DNA of 64,000 nt from Polyangiales bacterium. Its GTDB lineage: Bacteria > Myxococcota_A > Polyangia > Polyangiales > Ga0077539. The notes under the pieces were generated by a model. The model made no database searches, had not been told where the DNA came from, and was given only the letters and a program-made list of their open reading frames with translations. Positions 26,914-38,261 of this stretch are shown piece by piece; position 1 is the first letter of the stretch, and the number at the start of each line of letters is the position of its first letter. A program made the position numbers and the translations under genes. The stretch lies in assembly GCA_044229975.1 (NCBI GenBank), contig JBGARZ010000019.1, forward strand, positions 111,225 through 175,224, read 5' to 3'.

Positions 26914-29487
26914 TTGACGGGCGCCCCCCGGGGTGCGCGAGGATGGGTCCGAGGTCTTCTGACGTTGCGATCGAGCCTGCCAGGAAGCGCGATCTCCGGG
27001 GAGCTGAGACGAGGCGAGTCCGTGCTCGGCCGCTGCGTGGTCGAGCGGCGCGTGTGGCGCGACCGGCTTGCGTCGGTGTACCTCGCCCGCGGCCGTGAGC
27101 CCGGCGAGGTGTTCACCGTGTGGGCGGCGCACAGCGCGGTCATCGCGCGCTCCGAGCGGGCGGCGCACGTCTTCGGCCTGGAGATGGAGCGCCTCACGCT
27201 GCTGGAGCACCCGGGCATCCCCCAGATCATCGCCTTCGACGCCGCGGAGTCGGGCCCGGTGGTCATCTCCGCGCGTCGGCCCGGCAGCTCGCTGCGGGAG
27301 ATCATCGCGTCGGGCTCCGACCGCTCGCCCCGGTTCGCTGCGCGGGTTCTCCAGGGGCTCGCGCGCATCCTCGAAGTGCTGCACTCGCAGTCGCCGCCGG
27401 TGCTGCACCGCGGGCTCATCCCCGAGCGCGTGACCCTCGACGAGGAGGGGGAGATCCACCTGGAGGAGTGCGGCTACCTGCACGCGCTGGTCACGGCGGG
27501 CTTCGTCACCGACCGCACCGTCCTCGGCACCGGACAGCCCGGATATCTGGTGCCCGAAGAGCTGGCCTTCCCCGCGACGCCCTCGCTCGACGCCTTCGCC
27601 CTGGCGACGCTGCTCTTCGAGCTCGTCACGGGAAAGCTCCCCTTCGGCGAGGTGTCGGCGGCGGAGCTGTCGCTCGCCCTGCGCGGCGAGCACCTGCCCA
27701 TGGTCTCGCACCACCGCGACGACATGATGGGATCGGTCGACAGCGTGTTCGAGCGCGCCTTCGGGGTCGCCCGCGGCGAGGGCTACCCCACGGTGCAGGC
27801 CTTCGCGCGCGACCTCCTCCGCGCGCTCGACCCTGACGTCTCGACGCGGCTCACCGTGCCCGGTCCCGACCCGCACGCCGCCGAGGGGGAGGGAGCCAAC
27901 CTCTCCATCGCCATCGACCCCGAGCCCACGCCGTCCTACGGCGACTACGGCGCCATGCTCGCTCGCTTCGACGCCCGTCGTTCGGGGGCCGAGCCGATGC
28001 CCGACGAGCGCGAGCTCGCGTCCGACGACCCGAGCGCCGTGACCCCGCGCGTGGCGCGCCCAGGGCCGTCGGTGTTGTCCGTCCCGAGAGCAGAGCTCCC
28101 GGCCCACGCGGCTCCCCTGGGGTCGTCCAAGCGCACGCTGCCGGGCGGGTCGTTCGCGCTCCCGCCCAACGCGCTCGGTCGGGTGTCCCCGCCGTCCCTG
28201 GGACAGTCGGCCCTGCGCACGGGCCCGACGCGCCCGTCCCCTCGTGAGCCCGACCCCGACGCCTCCATCTCGCTCGTCGACCTCAGCGCCGACCTCGAGT
28301 CCGACGTGGTCTCGGTGCAGCTCCCCTCGTCGGCCCTCCAGACCATCGACGACGACGCCATCGCCCTGTCCTCGCGCGACCTCCAGCCGCTCGCCAACGC
28401 GGTCCGCGACGCCGCCGGTGGTTCGGTCCCCCACGACATCGCCCTGCTCGCCGACCAGCCCACGCAGGTCTCGCCCGCGCCCGCCCCGCGCCCGCTCGCG
28501 AGGGTCTCGCTCACCCCGCCGTCGGGTCGTCCGCTGTCGCGCCCAGCGCCCGCGTCCAGCCGCCCGCAGCGCCCGACGCCGGCACCCCGCGCGCCCTCGT
28601 CCTCGCCGCCCGCCCGCTCGACCCCGTCGCCCCGCGCGCCCTCGCCGGCTCCCCCGATGCGCGCACCCTCCACCACGCCTCCGGCGCGCGTGGCCTCGGC
28701 GCCTCCCGCGAGCGCCCCGCCCCGGCACTCGTACCCGTCGGACGTCCCGTCGCGGCTCCCGGCCCCGGCGCGCATCCCGTCCGACCTCGCCCACGCGCCC
28801 TCCTCGCTGCCGCCCGACGCCTCGCAGGTGTTCGCCCAGTCGGCGCGCGTGCTCGCCGTCTCGACGGTCATCGCCGCGGTCTGCGTCACCACCGGGCTGC
28901 TCTACATCGCGCGCTCCTCCGACGAGCTCGCCGCGGCGCTGCGTGCCCAAGGGGCGGCGTCACCCTCCGCGCCTGCGCCCGCGCTGGTCATTCCGTCGCC
29001 GACGCCCGCCGTGGACGCCGGGTCCGCGCCCATCGCCGTCCCGACGCCGTCCTTCGACGCGGGCGCTCCGTCGGTCGTCTCCGTCGACGCGGGCGCCTCC
29101 CCGGATGTTCCTCGCGCGGTCGCCGCGCCCACCCCTGTCGACGCGGGATCGCCCACCGTGGCGGTGCGTCCGGTGGGCCTTGGTCCGGTGCCCGGCGCAC
29201 CGACGGTGGCGCGTCTCATCGCGGCGCTGCGCGCGCCCGTCGCCGACTGTGTCGAGGGCGTCGAAGCCCGGTCGGTGACCATGGTGCCGCGCTTCGACGG
29301 AGCTACCGGCGCGGTGGTGCACCTGCGCCTGCGCGGCATCTTCTCCGAGCCTCCGATGGCGCCCTGCCTCGACGAGGCCGTCCGCCGCGTTCGCATCGCG
29401 CCCTTCGGAGCGCCCACCTGGGAGCCGTCGCTCACCTTCCCCATCGCGGCGCCGCGCTGGACGCCCAACCCCAACAACAGCCAGTAG
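26914..29487 (+). CDS. Membrane-spanning Ser/Thr kinase-like protein (probable pseudokinase) with Pro-rich linker and extracytoplasmic C-terminal domain; start uncertain
   Basis: LEHPGIPQI, PPVLHRGLIPERV, GQPGYLVPEE, DAFALATLLFELVTGKLPF kinase scaffold; one TM (VLAVSTVIAAVCVTTGLLYIA). Confidence 0.8.
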   Translation: MTGAPRGARGWVRGLLTLRSSLPGSAISGELRRGESVLGRCVVERRVWRDRLASVYLARGREPGEVFTVWAAHSAVIARSERAAHVFGLEMERLTLLEHPGIPQIIAFDAAESGPVVISARRPGSSLREIIASGSDRSPRFAARVLQGLARILEVLHSQSPPVLHRGLIPERVTLDEEGEIHLEECGYLHALVTAGFVTDRTVLGTGQPGYLVPEELAFPATPSLDAFALATLLFELVTGKLPFGEVSAAELSLALRGEHLPMVSHHRDDMMGSVDSVFERAFGVARGEGYPTVQAFARDLLRALDPDVSTRLTVPGPDPHAAEGEGANLSIAIDPEPTPSYGDYGAMLARFDARRSGAEPMPDERELASDDPSAVTPRVARPGPSVLSVPRAELPAHAAPLGSSKRTLPGGSFALPPNALGRVSPPSLGQSALRTGPTRPSPREPDPDASISLVDLSADLESDVVSVQLPSSALQTIDDDAIALSSRDLQPLANAVRDAAGGSVPHDIALLADQPTQVSPAPAPRPLARVSLTPPSGRPLSRPAPASSRPQRPTPAPRAPSSSPPARSTPSPRAPSPAPPMRAPSTTPPARVASAPPASAPPRHSYPSDVPSRLPAPARIPSDLAHAPSSLPPDASQVFAQSARVLAVSTVIAAVCVTTGLLYIARSSDELAAALRAQGAASPSAPAPALVIPSPTPAVDAGSAPIAVPTPSFDAGAPSVVSVDAGASPDVPRAVAAPTPVDAGSPTVAVRPVGLGPVPGAPTVARLIAALRAPVADCVEGVEARSVTMVPRFDGATGAVVHLRLRGIFSEPPMAPCLDEAVRRVRIAPFGAPTWEPSLTFPIAAPRWTPNPNNSQ

Positions 29488-29502
29488 AGGGCCGCTGCCC
29501 GG

Positions 29503-31266
29503 TCAGCGCTGGAAGGTCGACACGGCCGCGAGGCGTCGGCCGCCGTCGGCGAACCACAGCACCCCTTCGCGCTGCGGGTCCGCCATGCGGCACAGGCTCT
29601 GCGACCAGTCGCACCGCAGGTCGGCGCAGTGCGCCCCCGCAAACGGACCCAGCACCGCCCGCGGGTCGCCCAGCTCACGCCGCTGCAACCGCCGCGGCTC
29701 GCCCCGCAGCGCCTGCCCCGGTTCGCGGTACGTGATCACCGCGAGCGTCGGACCCGTCGCCGCGAGAAACGCCCGCGCGTCGAGCCCCGCGATGCGGTCC
29801 ACCAGGGCGCAAGCGGTCGCCGGGTCGGACGGCGTCGCCCGATAGCCCCGCAGCGCGCCGTCGATGGCGCGGAGCTCGGTGAGGTTGAACGCCACCCTCT
29901 GCATGTCGAGCCGGTGCGTAAGCTCGTGCTGAGACACCGTGCGCGGCGCCGCCTGGCTCGCGATGCTGGCGACGGTGGTGCCGTCCGCGAGCTGCCCCGA
30001 CGAGACCAGCTCGAAGCTCCCGTCGCGCTCGAAATCTCGGATGTGCAGCGCGCGGTCGCCGGTCACTGCTCCGAGGCTGCGGTCGACGTACGCCCGCGGC
30101 GCGTGACCCGGCGTCGAGACGTACGCCCGCACCTCGCGCCCGCCGCTCGCGATGGCCACCTCGAAGGCCACCACGCGCTCCTCGCCCCGCGCCGCGCCGA
30201 CGACCTGGCCCACCACGGCGCCGTCCATGGCGAGTCGTTCGGCTTGCGTACGATCGTCGGCGTCATCGATGCGCTCGGCGCCCCATGGCGTCGCTCGGGC
30301 AGGCTCCTCGACCCGCGCGCGCGCCTCGGACATCAGGGCAGCCACCACGATGCGCGTGCCGTCCTTGAGCAGCATCACCTGCGCGGGCGAGGCGCCCTCG
30401 GTCGTCTGCCCGACGCAGCGATCGCCCGCCGAGCAGTCCATCGACGGCGCGATGCCGCGGATGATCGACAGCGCGTTGGCGAGGTGCGGGCTCGTCGGAT
30501 CACCCTGCGGTGACACGTAGTCCGACTCCTGAAACGCGCCCACCTGCCAGGCGCGCAGCGTCGGCGCGCCCTCCGGGGTGAGCCGGTCGAGGAGCGCGTT
30601 GGGGCCGCCCTCGGCGATGGCGCGCACGGCCCGCTCGGCCTCTTGGGGCGTCGGGTCGGAGGGCGGCATCTCGAAGGTCAGCCGGCGGTCGAGGTCTTCG
30701 ACGTCGGAGGCCCGGAGGAGCCCCGCTTCGAGCGGTGACAGCAGCCCCACTTCTGGCGCCTGGCTGCGCGGCGGAGGCAGCGGGAAGATGGTGAGCACGG
30801 TGCTGCCAGCGGGCATGTCCTCCGTCGCGTTGGCGCGGCCCAGGAGGTAGACCCAGCCCTGCGCGATGCGACCGAAGGCGACGTGGGCGCCGACCGGCCA
30901 GCGGCGCACGCGGTGGATCTCATCGCCGCGCGGGTCGTGGAAGAGCACCCAGACGTCGGTGGCCTCGTCGGGCGTCCCGGTGGCGATCACGGCGGAGAAG
31001 CGACCGGTGCTGGTGACGTCGGTGCAGAGCGGACCGAAGTGGACGGTGCGCCCGGTGCGGTAGCGCGACAGCGTGCGGAAGGTCTCCTCGGGGCAGCGGG
31101 CGACCGAGTCGACCGCGGGCGGGGTGATGGAGGCGCTGCCGTGGCGACCGCTGCGAGCATTGAGCCGCGCGCTGGCGACGGTGCGGGTTGCCGGGCGGGC
31201 GGGCGCGGTCGCCTCGCAGGACGCGGCGCCGAGAGTCGCCAGGAGTGCGATGGGGTGCAGGCGCAT
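29503..31266 (-). CDS. Hypothetical lipoprotein
   Basis: MRLHPIALLATLGAASC lipobox; 587-aa ORF with protein-like composition. Confidence 0.7.
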   Translation of the reverse strand: MRLHPIALLATLGAASCEATAPARPATRTVASARLNARSGRHGSASITPPAVDSVARCPEETFRTLSRYRTGRTVHFGPLCTDVTSTGRFSAVIATGTPDEATDVWVLFHDPRGDEIHRVRRWPVGAHVAFGRIAQGWVYLLGRANATEDMPAGSTVLTIFPLPPPRSQAPEVGLLSPLEAGLLRASDVEDLDRRLTFEMPPSDPTPQEAERAVRAIAEGGPNALLDRLTPEGAPTLRAWQVGAFQESDYVSPQGDPTSPHLANALSIIRGIAPSMDCSAGDRCVGQTTEGASPAQVMLLKDGTRIVVAALMSEARARVEEPARATPWGAERIDDADDRTQAERLAMDGAVVGQVVGAARGEERVVAFEVAIASGGREVRAYVSTPGHAPRAYVDRSLGAVTGDRALHIRDFERDGSFELVSSGQLADGTTVASIASQAAPRTVSQHELTHRLDMQRVAFNLTELRAIDGALRGYRATPSDPATACALVDRIAGLDARAFLAATGPTLAVITYREPGQALRGEPRRLQRRELGDPRAVLGPFAGAHCADLRCDWSQSLCRMADPQREGVLWFADGGRRLAAVSTFQR

Positions 31267-31307
31267 GGGGGGCGGTCGCGACCCTAGAACACCGGTCGGG
31301 GTCGGTA

Positions 31308-31360
31308 CAAGAACGCCGAAGCCCCGCGCCCGGAGGTGAATCCGGGGGCAGGGCTTCGTG
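31308..31360 (-). terminator. Probable intrinsic terminator downstream of groEL
   Basis: Stem CGAAGCCC..CCCGGA / TCCGGG..GGGCTTCG, followed on the minus strand by GTTCTTGT. Confidence 0.6.
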
Positions 31361-31397
31361 CGAGACCTACGAGGTCCTCAGCGGTCGGAGACTTCGA

Positions 31398-33606
<2,209 letters not shown>

Positions 33607-33657
33607 GGGTCGTCTGTGAGACCGTGAGGTGTCCGTTAGGTGAGGGATTTCGCGGCA

Positions 33658-33684
33658 TCAGCACTCGCCCGCTTCGACTGCCAG
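33658..33684. promoter_or_regulatory. CIRCE operator 2
   Basis: TCAGCACTC-N9-GACTGCCAG. Confidence 0.75.
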
Positions 33685-33849
33685 GGCAGCGTTTCGGGTG
33701 GGTTGGGGTGCTCTGTTGGAGGGCCGAGGGAGGGCCTGGTGGGGACCGCGAGAATTGTGCGGGGGTCGAAGCGGGGGCGGCATAATCGATGGGTCACCCG
33801 CCGCGCGTTGGGTACGAAGCCCGCCGCGGCCCTTCATCGGAGGTCACGG

Positions 33850-34398
33850 ATGGCGATCGAGGCGTGCGCAGATCTACGAGGGTTCTTCCAGGGGGCGGTG
33901 CTGGAGGCGATGCGTCGCAAGCGCCTCGGGGCGGAAGCCGACACCACCGAGCACATGACCGACCTGCTCATGGCCTGCGCGCGGGCCGACGGCGCGGCGC
34001 TGCTGGAGCGCCCGCTGGTGTGGATGCTCGACGAGGCGATGACCTGCACCGACGGCGTTCGGATGCACGCGCTGTGTGAGACGGGGGACGCGGCGCTCGC
34101 GCGCTCGGGGCTCATCGCGACGCCCGACGACGTGGAGTACTTCACCGAGGTGGGGCAGTTCGCGTACCGCGGCGCGGCGGACGAGGCCGAGAAGGTGAGC
34201 GGCGAGCGGCCCGTGGTGCTGGCCGAACTCGGTGAGCGCTTCCCGGAGTTTGTGGAGGTGCTGGCCGAGGCGTCGGCCCTGGGGGACGTCACGAAGGCGC
34301 TGGTGAAGCGCTACGCGATGCAGCGGGCCGATCAGCCGAAGCGCTGCTTGAGCTCGTCGATGTACGTGTCGACGGCCTCGCGCGACGGGCGATCGTAG
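33850..34398 (+). CDS. Hypothetical helical protein; 3' end overlaps rpoZ convergently
   Basis: SD GGAGG before ATG 33850; [35 protein letters not shown] is protein-like. Confidence 0.65.
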   Translation: MAIEACADLRGFFQGAVLEAMRRKRLGAEADTTEHMTDLLMACARADGAALLERPLVWMLDEAMTCTDGVRMHALCETGDAALARSGLIATPDDVEYFTEVGQFAYRGAADEAEKVSGERPVVLAELGERFPEFVEVLAEASALGDVTKALVKRYAMQRADQPKRCLSSSMYVSTASRDGRS

Positions 34399-34580
34399 CG
34401 GACGCGGCCCGCGGCGATTTCGCGCAGGGCGAGCACGGCCGGCTTGTTCTTGTACTTGTGGGCCTCGAGCTGGACCTTCGCGCCCTTCATGATCTGACGG
34501 GTGCGGTTGGACGCGAGGATCACCAGCGCAAAGCGGTTGTCCTCGTTGTCCAGGCAATCTTCGACGGTCACTCGTGCCAT
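34332..34580 (-). CDS. rpoZ: RNA polymerase omega subunit
   Basis: [48 protein letters not shown]. Confidence 0.97.
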   Translation of the reverse strand: MARVTVEDCLDNEDNRFALVILASNRTRQIMKGAKVQLEAHKYKNKPAVLALREIAAGRVRYDRPSREAVDTYIDELKQRFG

Positions 34581-34674
34581 GGTCGGTCTCTCCTCGGTCG
34601 GGCTAATGGCTGTCAGACCCGGTCTGGTCGACAGGCGGGCAGTGGTACAGCGCTCCCGCCGCGCGGGCAAGGGA

Positions 34675-36624
34675 TCACTCCGAGGTTGGCGGCTCGGACC
34701 CGGGGGCCGACAGCGCGAGGTCGAGGATCTTTGTCGTCCCCACGTAGGCCTTGGTCTCGAAGCGGGACACCTGACCCAGCCGCCGGACGATGTCGGCCAT
34801 GCGACCGGCCTCCCGCAGGATGACCTCGGCGCTCCTGGTCATGGCCGAGTCGTCGGCCGCCCGTCGGCGGAGCAGCTCGGCGTGGCCGTGGATCGCCGTC
34901 AGCGGCTGGTTGAGCTCGTGCGCCGCGGCGCCCGAGAGCTCCGCGATCATCGACTGCTGCTCGGTGCGACCGAGCTCGGACTGCACCCGCGCGAGGCGCT
35001 CCTCGATGCGGAGGCGCTCACGCAGGTCGGAGAAGATCACCACGATGCCGGTGCCCGGGTCGTCGCCGTGCAGCGTCGCCGCCGAGAGCAGCACCGGAAT
35101 CACCTCACCGTCGCGGGCGATGACCTCGCTGCGCGCGCCCTCGATGCGCCCCTCGGCCGTGCTGCGAACCCGACGCGCGTAGTCCTGGAAGTGCCCTTCG
35201 CGAAAGAAGGTGTCGATGACCGTGTCGGGCGCGAGGTCGTCGCGGCGCCACCCGAGGATGCGCTCGGCGGCGAAGTTGAGCAGCAACACCTCGCCCGTCG
35301 GCGACGCCGCCATGATGGCGTCGGGAGAGCTCTCGATGAGGGAGGTGAGGAAGTTCTGCGTGTGGGCGAGCTCGGCGGCCGTGGCGCGCTCGGCGGTCAC
35401 GTCGCGCAGGGTGATGAGCACGGCGTTTTCGTCGCGCACCGCAGCCGAGGACGAGAGCGAGAGCGTCCGCACCTGGCCGTCCTTGCGAATCACCCGCAGG
35501 TCGAACTGCGACGGGTACTCCCTCCGCCCGTAGGCTTCGCGCAGCGCCCGTAGCCGGTCGTGATCGTCGGGGAAGATCACGTCGTGGAGCTTGATGTCCC
35601 GCACCTCGGCTTCGCTGTACCCGGTGATCTCGGTGACCCTCGGATTGGCGTGCAGCGGGCGCCCGTCGAGGTCGAACACCACCATCCCGTCGGCCGACGC
35701 GAGGAAGAGGTTGGCGTAGGGCTCCAGGGCCTTGAGCCGACGTTCGGTCTCCTGCTGCGCGTGGCTCACCGCGAGGCGCTCTTCGCGCAGGCGCTGAAAC
35801 TCGCGTGCGTTGCGGAGCGCCGCCGCGGTGGCGTTGGCGACGGTCTCGCAGAGGGCCTGCTCGCGCTCGTCGAGCCGCCCGCGGGCCTCCCCCGCGCGGA
35901 GGAAGAGAACGCCAAACGACCGCTGTTCGAGCGCGATGGGGAAGAGGGCAAGAAACGGAAACCGCGTGCCGCTCACCAGCTCGCGCACCGCGTCGAGCAG
36001 CGGGTGTGTCGGCGCGTCATCGATGAGCAGCGGCCGCCGCGAGGCGAGCACCTGATGGATCTCGGGGTACCGGTCGAGCTCCAGCGCGCGGTCGGCCTCG
36101 CCCTGGACGTCGTTGGAGGCAACCATGTGCCCGACGCTCGCGTCTTCGCGGGCCAGCACCACCGAGCACCGCTCGACCTCCACCACCTCCGCGAGCCGAC
36201 CCACCACGTTGCGCAGGATCTCCCGCGCGTCGGTGTGGGCCGTAAAGGTCTGGGTAAGCTCCAGCAACACCTTCGCGTCGCGGGCCCGCCGCTGGAGGTC
36301 GCGGTCGCGCTCCCGACGCCGTTGCAGCCGGACGACCCGCGCCACGAGCTCGGCCATCTCGAAGGGAACCCGCAGCACGTCATCGGCCCCGTGCTCGAAG
36401 GCGAGCGCCACCGCGGCCGGATCGCTTGTCATCGCGAGCACCGCCGCGCCGTCGCAGCGCCAGGTCGCGACCGCCGAGGCGTCGATCAGGTGCACCAGGT
36501 CATCGGGCTGCGGCGCGTCTCCGACGATCGCCTTGCATCCCAACCGCGTGAGCGAGTCGGCGATGGACGCGCGGAGGAGCGCGTCTTGGAGGGCGATCAC
36601 GATGCGGGGCACGGCGATGGGCAT
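34675..36624 (-). CDS. Sensor protein: degenerate REC - GAF - PAS - PAS - HisKA, no HATPase domain
   Basis: [10 protein letters not shown] (REC-like), RYPEI..FGVLFL (GAF), ANP..ITGYS and [11 protein letters not shown] (PAS), [13 protein letters not shown] (H-box); ORF ends about 60 aa after the H-box. Confidence 0.85.
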   Translation of the reverse strand: MPIAVPRIVIALQDALLRASIADSLTRLGCKAIVGDAPQPDDLVHLIDASAVATWRCDGAAVLAMTSDPAAVALAFEHGADDVLRVPFEMAELVARVVRLQRRRERDRDLQRRARDAKVLLELTQTFTAHTDAREILRNVVGRLAEVVEVERCSVVLAREDASVGHMVASNDVQGEADRALELDRYPEIHQVLASRRPLLIDDAPTHPLLDAVRELVSGTRFPFLALFPIALEQRSFGVLFLRAGEARGRLDEREQALCETVANATAAALRNAREFQRLREERLAVSHAQQETERRLKALEPYANLFLASADGMVVFDLDGRPLHANPRVTEITGYSEAEVRDIKLHDVIFPDDHDRLRALREAYGRREYPSQFDLRVIRKDGQVRTLSLSSSAAVRDENAVLITLRDVTAERATAAELAHTQNFLTSLIESSPDAIMAASPTGEVLLLNFAAERILGWRRDDLAPDTVIDTFFREGHFQDYARRVRSTAEGRIEGARSEVIARDGEVIPVLLSAATLHGDDPGTGIVVIFSDLRERLRIEERLARVQSELGRTEQQSMIAELSGAAAHELNQPLTAIHGHAELLRRRAADDSAMTRSAEVILREAGRMADIVRRLGQVSRFETKAYVGTTKILDLALSAPGSEPPTSE

Positions 36625-36671
36625 CGCACCGGAGACGCTAGCCCGCCGATATCACCCCCGGCAAACTTGCA

Positions 36672-37961
36672 TCATTCCCGGCGGCTCCACCACGCGCCGA
36701 GCGCCGCCGCCACCACCACCCGCGTCGGGACGCCGCTCCGCACCGCCGCGGCCCGGCACGCCTCAAGCTCCGGGTGGCACTGCGGCGCCAGGCCATCTTC
36801 GCGCGCCACCTTCACGGGAATCTCCCCGTACGCCGTCTCGACCGAGACCGTCTCGCGCGGGCGCTCGGTTCGCTCCACGGCGCTCCATCGCAGGCCCAGC
36901 GATCCGCTCTCGGCCAGCATCACCGCACCCACCCGCTCTCGCTCGGTCGCTGCCACCAGCGCCGACACCATCACCCCGGGGCGCCCCTTCTTCATCCCGA
37001 TGGCGGTCGTCCAGACGTCCAGCGCGCCCTCGCGAAGCAGCCGCTCGGTAAGAACGGCAACCAGCTCCGCGCTCAGGTCGTCGAGGTTGCACCGCAGCTC
37101 GACGTGCGTGCCCGCGGCGGGCGTTCGCTCGGCCGTCACCGTCGCCGGATCGCCCAGCACCACCCGCAGGAGGTTGGGGCGGTCGGGCCAGCGGCGCGTC
37201 CCGGAGCCGAAGCCCGTGACGACGGGGGACATCGCGGGCCACGGCTCGAAGCTCGTCGCGTTGGCGCGCACGAGGCTCGCACCCGTCGGCGTCACCATCT
37301 CTCCCCGCACCGCCGCAGCGATGGTCGGAACGCCCGCCAGCACCTCGACCACCGCGGGAGCAGGCAGCGGGAGAACGCCGTGCGCGGCACGGACGAAGCC
37401 CTGTGACATGGGCAACGGTCCGGCGTTGACGCGCGCGCCCAGCCAATCGAGGCCCGCGCACGCGGCGACCACGTCGACGATGGCATCCACCGCGCCGACC
37501 TCGTGGAAGTGAACCTCCTCCGGGTCCATGCGATGCACCCTCCCCTCGGCGCGGGCGAGCACCGCGAAGGTCGCGAGCGCGCGGTCGCGCACCCCCGGCG
37601 GCAGCGCGGCAGACTCCAGCATCGCGCGAATGTCCCGGTAGCAGCGCTGGGGCTGCGGCTCCGTCACCGTGACGATGAAGCGCGTGGCCACCACGCCGTG
37701 GTCGGTGCGGTGCGCGAGGGCGAGCTCGTACCCGTCCACCGGCAGCGCATCGAGCGCGCCCGACATGGCCTCCGGCGGAACGCCCAGGTCGAGCAGCGCC
37801 GCCACCAGCATGTCGCCCGCGACGCCAGCGAACGCGTCGAGGTGGAGCACGCGACCCGCGCCCGCGCCGTGGGCGAGGGCGGGGGGAGGGAGCCACGGAC
37901 CGGGGTCGTCCTTCGGCGCTTCGCGCTCGGCGGCCTCGGAGCCTGAATCGTCGTGGGGCAT
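36672..37961 (-). CDS. larC: Nickel insertase LarC family protein
   Basis: LDAFAGVAGDMLVAALLDLG, VHFHEVGAVDAIVDVV, GEMVTPTGA, CNLDDL, IGMKKGRPG. Confidence 0.93.
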   Translation of the reverse strand: MPHDDSGSEAAEREAPKDDPGPWLPPPALAHGAGAGRVLHLDAFAGVAGDMLVAALLDLGVPPEAMSGALDALPVDGYELALAHRTDHGVVATRFIVTVTEPQPQRCYRDIRAMLESAALPPGVRDRALATFAVLARAEGRVHRMDPEEVHFHEVGAVDAIVDVVAACAGLDWLGARVNAGPLPMSQGFVRAAHGVLPLPAPAVVEVLAGVPTIAAAVRGEMVTPTGASLVRANATSFEPWPAMSPVVTGFGSGTRRWPDRPNLLRVVLGDPATVTAERTPAAGTHVELRCNLDDLSAELVAVLTERLLREGALDVWTTAIGMKKGRPGVMVSALVAATERERVGAVMLAESGSLGLRWSAVERTERPRETVSVETAYGEIPVKVAREDGLAPQCHPELEACRAAAVRSGVPTRVVVAAALGAWWSRRE

Positions 37962-38261
37962 CGCGCGCTCCGTCGGCTCCGCCGTGCGCGGCGGGGCGGT
38001 TGGGGGTGTGGTCGACCGCGGCTTGCGAGAGCGCGCCGGTGGTTGTCAACCACAATCACCCGCGCGACGGATGGCGCGGCGAAGCGCGCGTGAGACGGGG
38101 GACGGAAGGCGACGCGAATCTTTAATGGCCTTCGTGGAATGCTGTCGCTATGCTTCGCCCGGTACCGCTTCAATCGAAGGTCACCCCCGCGGGGGTCATG
38201 GTCGTCGGGTCATTGGGGTGGAGAGAGTGCGTTGAACCGTGGCGGCGATGGTGGGTGTGAC

